NCBI GenBank assembly: GCA_965228475.1
Contig: OZ245817.1
Coordinates: forward strand, 4,832,001 to 4,896,000
Source: Myxococcota bacterium
GTDB taxonomy: Bacteria; Myxococcota_A; UBA9160; JAFDDA01
Reading direction: 5' to 3'
DNA: 64,000 nt
The translations under genes and the position numbers were made by a program. The notes below the pieces were generated by a model. The model was given only the letters and a program-made list of their open reading frames with translations, made no database searches and had not been told where the DNA came from. The number at the start of each line of letters is the position of its first letter. Position 1 is the stretch's first letter. Positions 51,763 to 64,000 of this stretch are shown one piece after another.

Positions 51763-51830
51763 GAAGGCCTCCGGAGACCTTCATTAGAACACGGGGCGCG
51801 GCGGAAATTCAGCCAGCGCCGGGAGCCCTC

Positions 51831-52243
51831 CTAGTGACCCTTGCCGGCCACCTGGATGCGGATGATGGCCCGGTGGAGGGCCTCTTCCTGGAGCGCGAAG
51901 GAGGAGGCCTCTTCCTTGTTCGTGCCGAGCTTGTCGAGCTCGCCCTGGGCGCGGTCGCGGGCGGCTTCGGCGCGGGCGACGTCGATGGACTCGGCGAGCT
52001 CGCAGGAATCCACGAGCGCCACGACCTGCCCGCCCCCGACGTCGGCGAAGCCGCCGCCGATCGCTGCAAAGCGCGTCTGCCCGCCCTGCTGGATGGAGAG
52101 CGCGCCGATCTTGAGCGGCGTCAGGAAGCGCTCGTGCCCCTCGAGGACGCCGAACTCGCCTTCGGTCCCCGGGAAGACGACGCGGTCCACGGTCTCGCTG
52201 AAGACCTCGCCCTCGGGCGTCACGATGGTCAGTTCGAGCGCCA

Positions 52244-52244
<1 letters not shown>
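51831..52244 (-). CDS. atpC: ATP synthase F1 epsilon
   Basis: IVTPE, PG.EGEFGVL.GH, GGFA. Confidence 0.95.
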
Positions 52245-54659
<2,415 letters not shown>

Positions 54660-54662
54660 CGG

Positions 54663-56207
<1,545 letters not shown>

Positions 56208-56238
56208 GTGAATTCAGTCCTTCTTCAATCCCGTTTGA

Positions 56239-56279
56239 CTTCGTTCGCCTTGGGCTCACTGCGCGCGCTTCGCGCTTGC
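56239..56279 (-). repeat. Double-hairpin element copy C (atpH-atpA spacer)
   Basis: GCAA-GCGCgaaGCGC-GCGCA-GTGAGCCcaaGGCGAAC-GAAG; 35/41 identical to copy A. Confidence 0.78.
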
Positions 56280-56335
56280 TTCGGGGGCGGCTCGACGGCT
56301 TGCCGGGGGCGCCCTCCGGGGTGACTTCGCGGCGA

Positions 56336-56884
56336 TCAGTCCCTCGTCAGGTTTTGGCGGAGTTGTTGGAGTTGCGTTCGGAGACTTCCGTCGAAGACGA
56401 GGTCGCCGACCTGGGCGACGACGCCTCCGATGAGATCCGGGTCGACCTCGACGGTCGCGCTGACTTCGCGGCCGGTGCGCGCGGAGAGCACGCGCACGAG
56501 GCGGTCGCGCGTCGCATCGTCGAGCGGCTTCGCCGAGGTGATGCGGGCTTCGGTCCGCCCTTCGGCCTCGGCGGCGAGGCGGTCGTACTCTTCGCGGATG
56601 CCGGCGAAGTCGACGAGCCGCCGCTGGTCCACGAGGAAGCCGCAGAAGCGCTGGAGCGTTTCGCCCGAGCCGAGCTTGTCGGCGACGGCGCGCAGCACCG
56701 AGCGGCGCTCTTCGACCGGGTGCAGCGGGCGGAAGAGCGCCTGGTGCAGCTCTTCGTTGCCGCTGAGGAGATCGTCGAGCGCACCGAGTTCGGCGCCGGT
56801 CTGGGCGACGGTGCCGTCCTCGCTCGCGATCCCGAAGAGCGCCTTCGCGTAGCGCCGCCCGGCGGCGGCGGAGTTCGCGGCCAT
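56336..56884 (-). CDS. atpH: ATP synthase delta
   Basis: RRYAKALF, VDPDLIGG...VGD.V.DGS. Confidence 0.93.
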   Translation of the reverse strand: MAANSAAAGRRYAKALFGIASEDGTVAQTGAELGALDDLLSGNEELHQALFRPLHPVEERRSVLRAVADKLGSGETLQRFCGFLVDQRRLVDFAGIREEYDRLAAEAEGRTEARITSAKPLDDATRDRLVRVLSARTGREVSATVEVDPDLIGGVVAQVGDLVFDGSLRTQLQQLRQNLTRD

Positions 56885-57438
56885 CAGTGAGCCCCTCCCG
56901 ACCGCTCGACCCGCGAGACGAACTCGTCGATGAGCCGCTGCTGGTCGCTGTCGGTCACGTTCTGCTGCAGGAGTTCGGAGGCGAGCTCGGTGGCGAGGGT
57001 CGCGGCCTCGGCGCGCAGCTCCCCGCGTGCGCGGGCGACTTCCTGGTCGACGGCGGCCTCCGCGTCGGCGCGGATGCGCTCGGCCGAGGTCTCGGCGTCG
57101 GCGAGGATGCGCGCGCTCTCGGTCTCGGCGCGCTCGCGGGCGACGCGCTTGATCTCTTCCACTTCGGCGTCGAGCCCGTCGGCCTTGGCCTGCCACTCGG
57201 CGAGGCGCGCCTCGGCATCCGTGAGCACGCCCGAGGCGGCGTCGAGGTCCGACTTCACCTGGCTGTGGCGGTCCGCGAAGAACTGCCGCACCGGCTTGCC
57301 GGCGAAGTAGACGATCACGCCGATCAGGATGAGCAGGTTCACACCCTGAAGGAACAGGGTCATCGCCGAGACGCCTTCGGCGGCGTGCGCCGTACCGCCG
57401 GCGAAGAGGCCGGCTGCCGTCAGGAGAACGCGCTTCAC
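56884..57438 (-). CDS. atpF: ATP synthase F0 subunit b
   Basis: TM helix (VNLLILIGVIVYF..KP) followed by long coiled coil; position in operon. Confidence 0.88.
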   Translation of the reverse strand: MKRVLLTAAGLFAGGTAHAAEGVSAMTLFLQGVNLLILIGVIVYFAGKPVRQFFADRHSQVKSDLDAASGVLTDAEARLAEWQAKADGLDAEVEEIKRVARERAETESARILADAETSAERIRADAEAAVDQEVARARGELRAEAATLATELASELLQQNVTDSDQQRLIDEFVSRVERSGGAH

Positions 57439-57974
57439 GAGAGGCTCCTCCCGAGCATCTTCTCCGCCGCGTCCCGGGCGAGCTGCTCGGCCTGGGCGCG
57501 CAGGCTTCCGCGGGCCTGCTCGAGGGCGGACTGGACTTCGCCGCGCGCCTGTTCGAGGCGCCCCTCGGCGGTCGCACGCTCCTGGCCGACACGGTCGGCC
57601 TGGGCGCCCTTGGCCTCGTCGAGCTTGCTGCGGCGTTCGGTTTCGGCGGCGTCGCGTGCAGCGGCGACCCGCTCCTCGTAGCTCGCGAGGACCTCGTCCG
57701 CGCGCTTGCCCACGTCGCCGGCCTTCGCGCGGGCGCCGGCGATGCGCTCGTCGCGCTCCTCGAGCACGCGCAGCATCGGCTGGATCAGCAGACGGTTCAC
57801 CGGGACGATCATCAGGGCGAAGAGCACGATCAGCGGGATCATCGTGGCCGGGTTCGGAATGATCTCGAGCCCGCCGCCGGCGGCCTGGGCGGTGGCCGGG
57901 GCGAGCAGCGCAGCGGCCGAAGCGAGCGCGGCCAGGGGGCTCGAAGCGCGACCGGTCGTGAGGGCGGACGCCAC
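57435..57974 (-). CDS. ATP synthase F0 subunit b'
   Basis: TM helix, LL.QP...VLEER..RI coiled coil, ends LGR; start uncertain. Confidence 0.82.
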   Translation of the reverse strand: MASALTTGRASSPLAALASAAALLAPATAQAAGGGLEIIPNPATMIPLIVLFALMIVPVNRLLIQPMLRVLEERDERIAGARAKAGDVGKRADEVLASYEERVAAARDAAETERRSKLDEAKGAQADRVGQERATAEGRLEQARGEVQSALEQARGSLRAQAEQLARDAAEKMLGRSLS

Positions 57975-58388
57975 CGGCGTGTGGGGCGGGCGGGTGGTGT
58001 CGGCTGCTCTCAAGGTCTCGCTTCTCCAAGCCTCGGGAAGTCCGGAGCCCTCGCGCCGGCGCCTGCGTGGCACCGATCCTTGGCTGGCGTCCGGGGTGAC
58101 GTCCCATTTGCATTTTCGACCCGGTCGACCCGGCACTTCCCGTCGGCGAAGCCGAGGACCGCAACCGAAGGACCGCAACGCGGCAGCTGGAAGACCAGGG
58201 ATCGGAAACCGGCGGCTTTCGAGCCAGCCGGAAGCGGCGGAATATTCGCAGAATCGCGCCTGTTTTCAAGGTATGGCGGACGCTTCTCCGCGCCTCTCGG
58301 GGGCGGCCGGGCCCGTTTTCGGGCGTTCGCCGCGGGCCGGGGTCGGCGGGCGCGAAGGGCCTTCGGGGCGGCCTCGCCCCGGCGCGTC

Positions 58389-58796
58389 TCAGTCGGCCGG
58401 GGCGGTCTCCCGGGAGGCGGCAGACCCGCCGGTGCCGGCGTCCACCGCCGGGGGGCCGGGCTTCGTGACCTCGCAGTGCCCGTCGAGGGTCGAGCCATCC
58501 GCCAGGACGAGCTTCGGCGTCCGCACGTTGCCGCGGATGCTGCCCCCGGGGAGCAGAGTCAGCCGGATCGGCGCATCGACGTCCCCCTCGAGCGTTCCAC
58601 CGACCACCACCTCGTCCGCTTCGACGCGGGCCTCGACCCGAGCGCCCGGCGCCACCTCGAGCCGCCCGCGGGCCAGGATCCAGCCCTTCACCTCGCCCTC
58701 GACGCGAGCCTCGCCGCGGAAGGAGAGCGTGCCCTCGAAGCGGGCCCCCGGGCCGATCACGGGGGCCGGGGCCGTCGTCTGGGGTTGATCCGCCAC
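58389..58796 (-). CDS. Bactofilin (polymer-forming cytoskeletal protein)
   Basis: IG.G..FEG.L.F.G..RVEG...G, V.G.L.G, G..LDG.C repeats. Confidence 0.88.
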   Translation of the reverse strand: MADQPQTTAPAPVIGPGARFEGTLSFRGEARVEGEVKGWILARGRLEVAPGARVEARVEADEVVVGGTLEGDVDAPIRLTLLPGGSIRGNVRTPKLVLADGSTLDGHCEVTKPGPPAVDAGTGGSAASRETAPAD

Positions 58797-58803
58797 CGGG
58801 CTC

Positions 58804-59817
58804 CTATCCGTCGAGGATCGCGCTGGCGATCCGGCCGAGATCCTCGGCCCCGAAGAAGTCGATCTCGATGCGTCCGCGGCCCGGACCGCCGGCGATCTTC
58901 ACCTGGGTCTTCAGGCGGTCGCGCAGGAGGTCGAGGATGCGCTGCTGCTCGGGGTCGGAGACCTGGGCCGGAGCGCGTCGCTTCCGGCCGGCCGGCGCAC
59001 CCGCGACGGAACGCGCCAGGCGCTCGGTCTCGCGGACGGAGAGGCCGTCCTGGACGATGCGGGTGCGCAGGTGCCGGCGCCGCTCGGGGTTCGCGACGCC
59101 GAGCAGCGCCCGCGCATGGCCGAAGCTCATGCGGCCGGCCTCCACGTCCTCCTGCATGTCGCGCGAGAGTTCGAGCAGGCGCAGGTGGTTCGCGACCGAG
59201 GAGCGGTCGAGGCCGACGCGCTTGCCGACGTCCTCCTGGGTGGCGCCGGCTTCGGTCATGGCGTGGAAGGCCTGGGCGAGCTCGATCGCGTTCAGGTCCT
59301 GGCGCTGGACGTTCTCGACGAGCGCGACTTCGAGGAGCTCGCGATCGGCGACGTCGGCCACCACCGCGGGGATCGTCTCGCGGCCGGCCCGGCGCGACGC
59401 ACGCCAGCGGCGCTCGCCCACGACCAGCTCGAAGCGCTCGCCGCCCGGGTCTTCGCGTCCGGCCACGCGCCGCACGACGACGGGCTGGAGCAGGCCGTGC
59501 TGCTCGATCGAACGCGCGAGGTTCGCCACCTCGTCGTCGTCGAAGACGCGCCGCGGCTGCTGGGGGTTCGGAACGATGCGCGCGACGGGAAGCTCGACGG
59601 CGCCCGCGTTCGGCGACGCTGCGACGGCGTCGGGCGCGTCTTGCGCGCGCGACGCCGCGCTCGGCTTCGCTCCGTCGGCTCCTGTGGCGACGGGCGCGTC
59701 GGTGGCCTGTGCTTCGCCGGTGGAGTCGGCCTCCTGCGCAGCGGGTGTGCGCGGCTCCTGGCGTTGCGGGATGAGGGCGCCGAGCCCCCGGCCGAGGGCG
59801 TTGCGTCGAGCGGCCAT
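58804..59817 (-). CDS. parB: Chromosome partitioning protein ParB
   Basis: ALGRGLGALI, NP.QPR, GERRWRA, ENVQR.DL, HTH RSSVAN.LRLL. Confidence 0.95.
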   Translation of the reverse strand: MAARRNALGRGLGALIPQRQEPRTPAAQEADSTGEAQATDAPVATGADGAKPSAASRAQDAPDAVAASPNAGAVELPVARIVPNPQQPRRVFDDDEVANLARSIEQHGLLQPVVVRRVAGREDPGGERFELVVGERRWRASRRAGRETIPAVVADVADRELLEVALVENVQRQDLNAIELAQAFHAMTEAGATQEDVGKRVGLDRSSVANHLRLLELSRDMQEDVEAGRMSFGHARALLGVANPERRRHLRTRIVQDGLSVRETERLARSVAGAPAGRKRRAPAQVSDPEQQRILDLLRDRLKTQVKIAGGPGRGRIEIDFFGAEDLGRIASAILDG

Positions 59818-59821
59818 GGCA

Positions 59822-60811
59822 CTAGCTCTCCTCGCCGCGCGGGGCGGCGCTTTCGTCGCGCGCGGGGGCGCCTTCGTGGGGTGACACTTCACCGTGTACG
59901 TCGTGCGATCGGCCGACGTCGTCCCGCCGCGCGGAGCGTTCGAGCAGCTCCTTGGCGAGATTCAGGTAGGCCACGGCACCCGTCGAGCGGATGTCGTAGA
60001 GCAGCACGGGCTTGCCGTGGCTCGGCGCTTCCGAGAGACGCACGTTACGCGGGATCGACGTGCGGTAGACGGCGTCGCCGAAGTGGCCGCGCACCTCGCC
60101 CTCGACCTGACGTGCGAGGTTGTTGCGCCGATCGAGCAGGGTCAGCACGACGCCCTCGATCTCGAGGTTCGGATTGAAGGCCTCCTGCACGCGGCCGACC
60201 GTGTCCGTCAGGCGCGCGAGGCCTTCGAGCGCGTAGTACTCGCATTGCAGCGGGATGAGCACGCCGTTCGCGGCGGTCAGCGCGTTCAGCGTGAGCAGCC
60301 CGAGCGACGGCGGGCAGTCGAGGATGACGAACTCGTAGCTTCCGCGGACGTCGGCCAGGGCGCGCTCGAGCCGGCGCTCGCGATGCTCGCTCGAGACGAG
60401 CTCGATCTCGGCGCCGACGAGGTCCGGGCCGGCGGGCACGACCTGCAGGTGCGGCAGTTCGGTCGCGTGCACCGCGTCCTTCGTGACGCACGAACCCATG
60501 AGCGCGTCGTAGATGTGGAGCTCGGGGTCGCGGATGTCGAAGGCGCTCGAGGCGTTGCCCTGCGGGTCCATGTCGACGAGCAGGGTCGAGCGCTCGCAGG
60601 CCGCGAGCGAGGCGGCGAGGTTGACGGCGGTGGTGGTCTTGCCGACCCCGCCCTTCTGGTTCGCGATGGCCAGCACGCGCGCTGCGTGGCGGGCCCCGCC
60701 GGCGCGCGCCTCGCGCGCGTCATCGGGAGCCCCGCCGGCCGAGCCGCCGCCGGGCCCGGGCGCGCCGGCTCCGGACACGGCTGCGGGACCGGGATCGATC
60801 TCCATGAACAC
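59822..60811 (-). CDS. parA: Chromosome partitioning ATPase ParA/Soj
   Basis: NQKGGVGKTT, DPQGN, DCPPSLG, QCEYYALEG, EAPSHG; start uncertain. Confidence 0.95.
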   Translation of the reverse strand: MFMEIDPGPAAVSGAGAPGPGGGSAGGAPDDAREARAGGARHAARVLAIANQKGGVGKTTTAVNLAASLAACERSTLLVDMDPQGNASSAFDIRDPELHIYDALMGSCVTKDAVHATELPHLQVVPAGPDLVGAEIELVSSEHRERRLERALADVRGSYEFVILDCPPSLGLLTLNALTAANGVLIPLQCEYYALEGLARLTDTVGRVQEAFNPNLEIEGVVLTLLDRRNNLARQVEGEVRGHFGDAVYRTSIPRNVRLSEAPSHGKPVLLYDIRSTGAVAYLNLAKELLERSARRDDVGRSHDVHGEVSPHEGAPARDESAAPRGEES

Positions 60812-60896
60812 CCCTCGCAGAATCCCCGGGGGGATTCAATCCGTCCTTCGAGCATAGCAGAGCCTGTGCAGGGAGCGGCGAAAAGACGCGTCCGGG

Positions 60897-61565
60897 CTAG
60901 ACCCGCTGGGCGAGCCAGAGGGTCCGCTTCGGTCCGTCGAGCGGAACCCGGTACTCGCGAACGCCTCGGGGCTCGACGCCGGGGAGCGGCGGAACCTCGG
61001 GCGGAGTCTGGCCCCCCGGAATCGCGATCCAGGCCCCCGGGCCGACCCAGGGCAGCAGCCAGGCCGCCGCCTGGCTCGGGTCGGCCATGGCCTGGGCGAT
61101 GGCGACGCCGTGGGGCGTTGCCGGGAGTTCCTCGGATCTGCCTCGGAGTGCCCTGGTGTTCTCGAGACCCAGGGTGCGGATCGCAGCGCGCTGAAAATGG
61201 GTGCGGCGCTCGCGGGCCTCCACGAGGGTCACGCTGCACGCGGGCCGGGCGAGGGCCAGCGGAAGGCCCGGGAAGCCCGCGCCGGAGCCCAGGTCGACCA
61301 GAGCCTCACAAGCCGGCAGCTTCGTCTCGAGGGCGAGCGCGTCAAGCACCAGGCGGCGGGCGATCGTCTCCGCGTCACGGTGGCCGGTCAGGCTCATGCG
61401 AGCAGCCCAGCGCTCGAGGAGCTCGCTCAGAACGGCGAGGGGCGGGGCGAGCTCCGTCGGTTGGGCCAACTCCTCCAGCCCCTCCGCGAGCAGACGGACC
61501 AGGCCGTCGGCGGGAGCCGCGGGGGTTCCGGAGACTGATTCTTTGGGCGGGCTAGGCGGCGTCAC
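60897..61565 (-). CDS. rsmG: 16S rRNA m7G methyltransferase RsmG (GidB)
   Basis: DLGSGAGFPG.PLA, LVE...R..F; upstream of parA; start uncertain. Confidence 0.88.
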   Translation of the reverse strand: MTPPSPPKESVSGTPAAPADGLVRLLAEGLEELAQPTELAPPLAVLSELLERWAARMSLTGHRDAETIARRLVLDALALETKLPACEALVDLGSGAGFPGLPLALARPACSVTLVEARERRTHFQRAAIRTLGLENTRALRGRSEELPATPHGVAIAQAMADPSQAAAWLLPWVGPGAWIAIPGGQTPPEVPPLPGVEPRGVREYRVPLDGPKRTLWLAQRV

Positions 61566-61568
61566 GCG

Positions 61569-61664
61569 TGTTCCACGTGGAACCGAACCTGGACCCAGGA
61601 CGGGTGCGGCGGGGCGAGGTGCCTGCGGCGGGCGTTCCACGTGGAACAGGTTCCACGTGGAACG
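61569..61664. promoter_or_regulatory. Three parS sites
   Basis: GTTCCACGTGGAAC core in 61569-61584, 61633-61648 and 61649-61664. Confidence 0.93.
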
Positions 61665-61690
61665 CCGCCGTGGCAAGAGAGAAGCGGGAG

Positions 61691-62674
61691 CTAGTCGTCG
61701 CTCCGGGCCGCTTCGCCGGCCTTCGAGGCTTCTTCGTACTCGTCGGCGCCCTCGGGCACGACCACGACCTGGCGGTACTGGCCTTCGCCGATGCTCATGG
61801 TGGCGATGCCGTCTTCATCCCGGAGCGTGACGTGGATGATGCGGCGGTCCTTGCCGTTCATCGGGTCGAGGGCGACCGAACGGCCGCCGGAGGTCGCTCG
61901 ATCCGCCGCGCGGCGAGCGAGCTGCTCGAGGTACTCGTCGCGGCGGGTGCGGTCCCCGTCCACGTCGATGACGGCGCGCGGGCCCTCGCGTCCGCCCTTG
62001 ATCGAGACCTGGTTGGCCAGGAGCTGGATCGCATCTCCGACGCGCGTCTCGGCGGTCGAGAGCCGCATGGCGGCGTTCCCCGTGAGCTGGATGACGGCGA
62101 TGCCGTCCTCCTCGGCCTCGGAGATGGTGAAGCGGCCGAGTTTCATGCGCTCGACCACGCCCTGGACGAACTGTCCGAGGGCGCTCAGCTCGCCCTCGAC
62201 CGTCGCCTCGGAGGGCTCGTCGATCTCCATGGCCGGAGCCGCAGCGGCAGGCGCCCGGTCCGAATCCCGGTCGCGATCCCGATCTCGGTCGCGATCCCGG
62301 CCGCGGCCGCCCCGGTCGCCGCGATCCCGATCTCGGCCACGGCCGCCGCGATCGCCTCGATCCCGACCCCGGCCGCCCCGGTCGCGGCCCCCGCGCCCGC
62401 GGTCGCCATCGTCCCGGTCCCGGCGCGGGCCCCGGTCGCGATCCCGGCCACGGCCGCCGTCGCGGTCCCCGTCGTCGCGAGCGGAGCGCGCCGGCGCGCC
62501 GGGAGGCGAGGCCACGATCACGACGCGCGCACCCAGGCCGGAGACTTCCTCCGCCGCGGGCTCGGCGATCTTCAGTTCATTCTCTTCCAGGCCATAGAAG
62601 CGGGTCGCGGCAGCAACGGCTTCGGCGCGGTCGGCACCGACGAATTCTCGGGCTTCGGACTTCGGGTCGTACAC
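61691..62674 (-). CDS. jag: Jag/EloR (KhpB) RNA-binding protein with RD/RG low-complexity insert
   Basis: Jag_N start, KH-like region, R3H (PM...RR.IH..L); follows yidC. Confidence 0.88.
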   Translation of the reverse strand: MYDPKSEAREFVGADRAEAVAAATRFYGLEENELKIAEPAAEEVSGLGARVVIVASPPGAPARSARDDGDRDGGRGRDRDRGPRRDRDDGDRGRGGRDRGGRGRDRGDRGGRGRDRDRGDRGGRGRDRDRDRDRDRDSDRAPAAAAPAMEIDEPSEATVEGELSALGQFVQGVVERMKLGRFTISEAEEDGIAVIQLTGNAAMRLSTAETRVGDAIQLLANQVSIKGGREGPRAVIDVDGDRTRRDEYLEQLARRAADRATSGGRSVALDPMNGKDRRIIHVTLRDEDGIATMSIGEGQYRQVVVVPEGADEYEEASKAGEAARSDD

Positions 62675-62714
62675 GGAACGTTCCTCTCTCGGATGGCGGC
62701 TTGGCGGCGGGATT

Positions 62715-63998
62715 TCAGGCCGGCTCAGGCGTGCGGTTGATCCAGGCCTGGTGCGCGATGGCCAGCACGTTGCTGACCATCCAGTAGAGCACGAGGCCCG
62801 AAGGGAATTGATAGAAGAGCACGGTGAACATCACGGGCATGATCACCATCATCATCTGCTGCTGGGCCGGGTCCATGGACGTCTGCGGCGTCAGCTTCTG
62901 CTGCAGGAACATCGTCGCGCCCATCACCAGGGGCAGGACGCGCAGGGGCAGCTCGAGGCCCGGAATCACCAGCAGCGCCTCGGGGACCGAGAGGTCGTCG
63001 ATCCAGCCGAAGAAGGGCGCCTGGCGGAGCTCGATCTCGCTCTGGAGCGCGTAGAAGAGGCCGATGAAGACCGGGAACTGGAGCAGGAGCGGGAGGCAGC
63101 CGCCGAGCATGCCGAGCGGGTTCACGCCCGCCTCGCGGTAGGCGTTCATCGTCTCCTGGCTCATCTTCTCGCGGTCGTTCCCGTACTTCTCCTTGATCTC
63201 GTCGAGCTTCGGCTTCAGCGCCTGCATCTGCGTCGACATCTTCTTCATCGAGCGCATCTGCCGCGAGAGCAGCGGCGCCGTCACGATGCGCATGAGGATC
63301 GTGATCAGGATGATCACCACGCCGTAGTTCGGGATGTAGGCGTAGAACTGGTGGAGCAGCCAGGAGAAGAACCGCGCGAGCGGCGCGATCCAGCTCCAGC
63401 CGAGCTGCACGGAGCGGTCGAGCTGGGCCGCGGCCAGGGTGCCTTCCGCGAAGCGGTCCGTCTCCTTCGGACCGACGTAGACCCGGTACTCGAAGCGGTT
63501 GGCGACGCCGGGCGCGAGCTGGACCTTGCGCTGACCGATCGTCGTGACGGCGATCTCCCCGTCGAGCTGGGGCACGAAACGCGCCGAGGAGACCGAGGCC
63601 ACCTCGGGGATCATGGCCGCGAGGAAGTAGCGCGTCTGCGCGCCGGCCCAGTGGACGTTGCCGATCAGCTCGTCCTGCTCGCTGCCTCCCCCGCCGCAGC
63701 CCGGCGTGCCGCGGCCGGTGATCAGGAGCTGCTTCAAGTCCTCGTCGTGGAGCCCGACGAGGGAGAACTCCTCGAAGTCCGTGGTGTCCTGGCGGACGGC
63801 GGGCCAGACGGCCTCGTAGATCGGCTCGAGGGTGCGGTTCGTCCCGTTCTGGACCTCGAGCGCGAGGGTGAAGTCGTAGCGGCCCGGCTCGAAGCGGTAG
63901 GTCTTGGTGACGGTGACACCGCCCCGTGTATGGTGAAACTTTACGGTGTAGGGGTCCGGTTGCTCGACGGAGAACGGCGCGGAAGACCAGTCTCCGAG
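62715..63998 (-). CDS. yidC: Membrane protein insertase YidC (5' end beyond window)
   Basis: Frame open to window edge; Y.GPK, NYG..II..T, GGCLP.L.Q.P, WI.DLS, PSGL.LYW. Confidence 0.95.
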   Translation of the reverse strand, partial: LGDWSSAPFSVEQPDPYTVKFHHTRGGVTVTKTYRFEPGRYDFTLALEVQNGTNRTLEPIYEAVWPAVRQDTTDFEEFSLVGLHDEDLKQLLITGRGTPGCGGGGSEQDELIGNVHWAGAQTRYFLAAMIPEVASVSSARFVPQLDGEIAVTTIGQRKVQLAPGVANRFEYRVYVGPKETDRFAEGTLAAAQLDRSVQLGWSWIAPLARFFSWLLHQFYAYIPNYGVVIILITILMRIVTAPLLSRQMRSMKKMSTQMQALKPKLDEIKEKYGNDREKMSQETMNAYREAGVNPLGMLGGCLPLLLQFPVFIGLFYALQSEIELRQAPFFGWIDDLSVPEALLVIPGLELPLRVLPLVMGATMFLQQKLTPQTSMDPAQQQMMMVIMPVMFTVLFYQFPSGLVLYWMVSNVLAIAHQAWINRTPEPA

Positions 63999-64000
63999 GC

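Noticed and set aside
59836..59878. Short degenerate tandem repeat at the parA 3' end
   Set aside because: Two imperfect GC-rich units in a disordered tail; probably simple slippage.
63734..63998. Frameshift or truncation of yidC suggested by the ORF track
   Set aside because: Manual translation shows the frame is open to the window edge.

Overview
High-GC bacterial chromosomal segment. Gene order (lysA-dapF-dapA-dapB; split atp operon with two b subunits; parAB-bactofilin; PEP-CTERM proteins; MXAN_5187-like protein) suggests a Myxococcota/deltaproteobacterial genome, which is an inference. The right end (yidC-jag-parS-rsmG-parA-parB) is typical of an origin-proximal region. Contents: lysine biosynthesis; a sulfatase/arylsulfotransferase/glycosyltransferase cluster; a nitrogen locus (amtB, two P-II, WS/DGAT, stand-alone Fis-type HTH, two porins) with several sigma54 promoters and shared enhancer-like palindromes; tRNA-Ala(CGC); an aldolase plus PfkB-SIS fusion; eno; a Btu/Fec-type ABC transporter; bioBFD with a BirA-like operator; a beta-helix/diheme cytochrome fusion; pyrF and nagA; an accessory block (STAND-type regulator, PEP-CTERM, CVNH); atpF'FHAGDC; parABS. 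No integrase, transposase or CRISPR array seen. Most notable unexplained signals: (1) a covarying double-hairpin element, three copies in the atp operon, just upstream of atpA and atpD and in-frame inside atpG; (2) a dense TGACGC array inside nagA; (3) a candidate nitrogen-starvation regulon linking ammonium uptake, a porin and storage-lipid synthesis; (4) a possible Kdo/sugar-acid salvage operon. All calls come from reading the sequence; no database searches were run.
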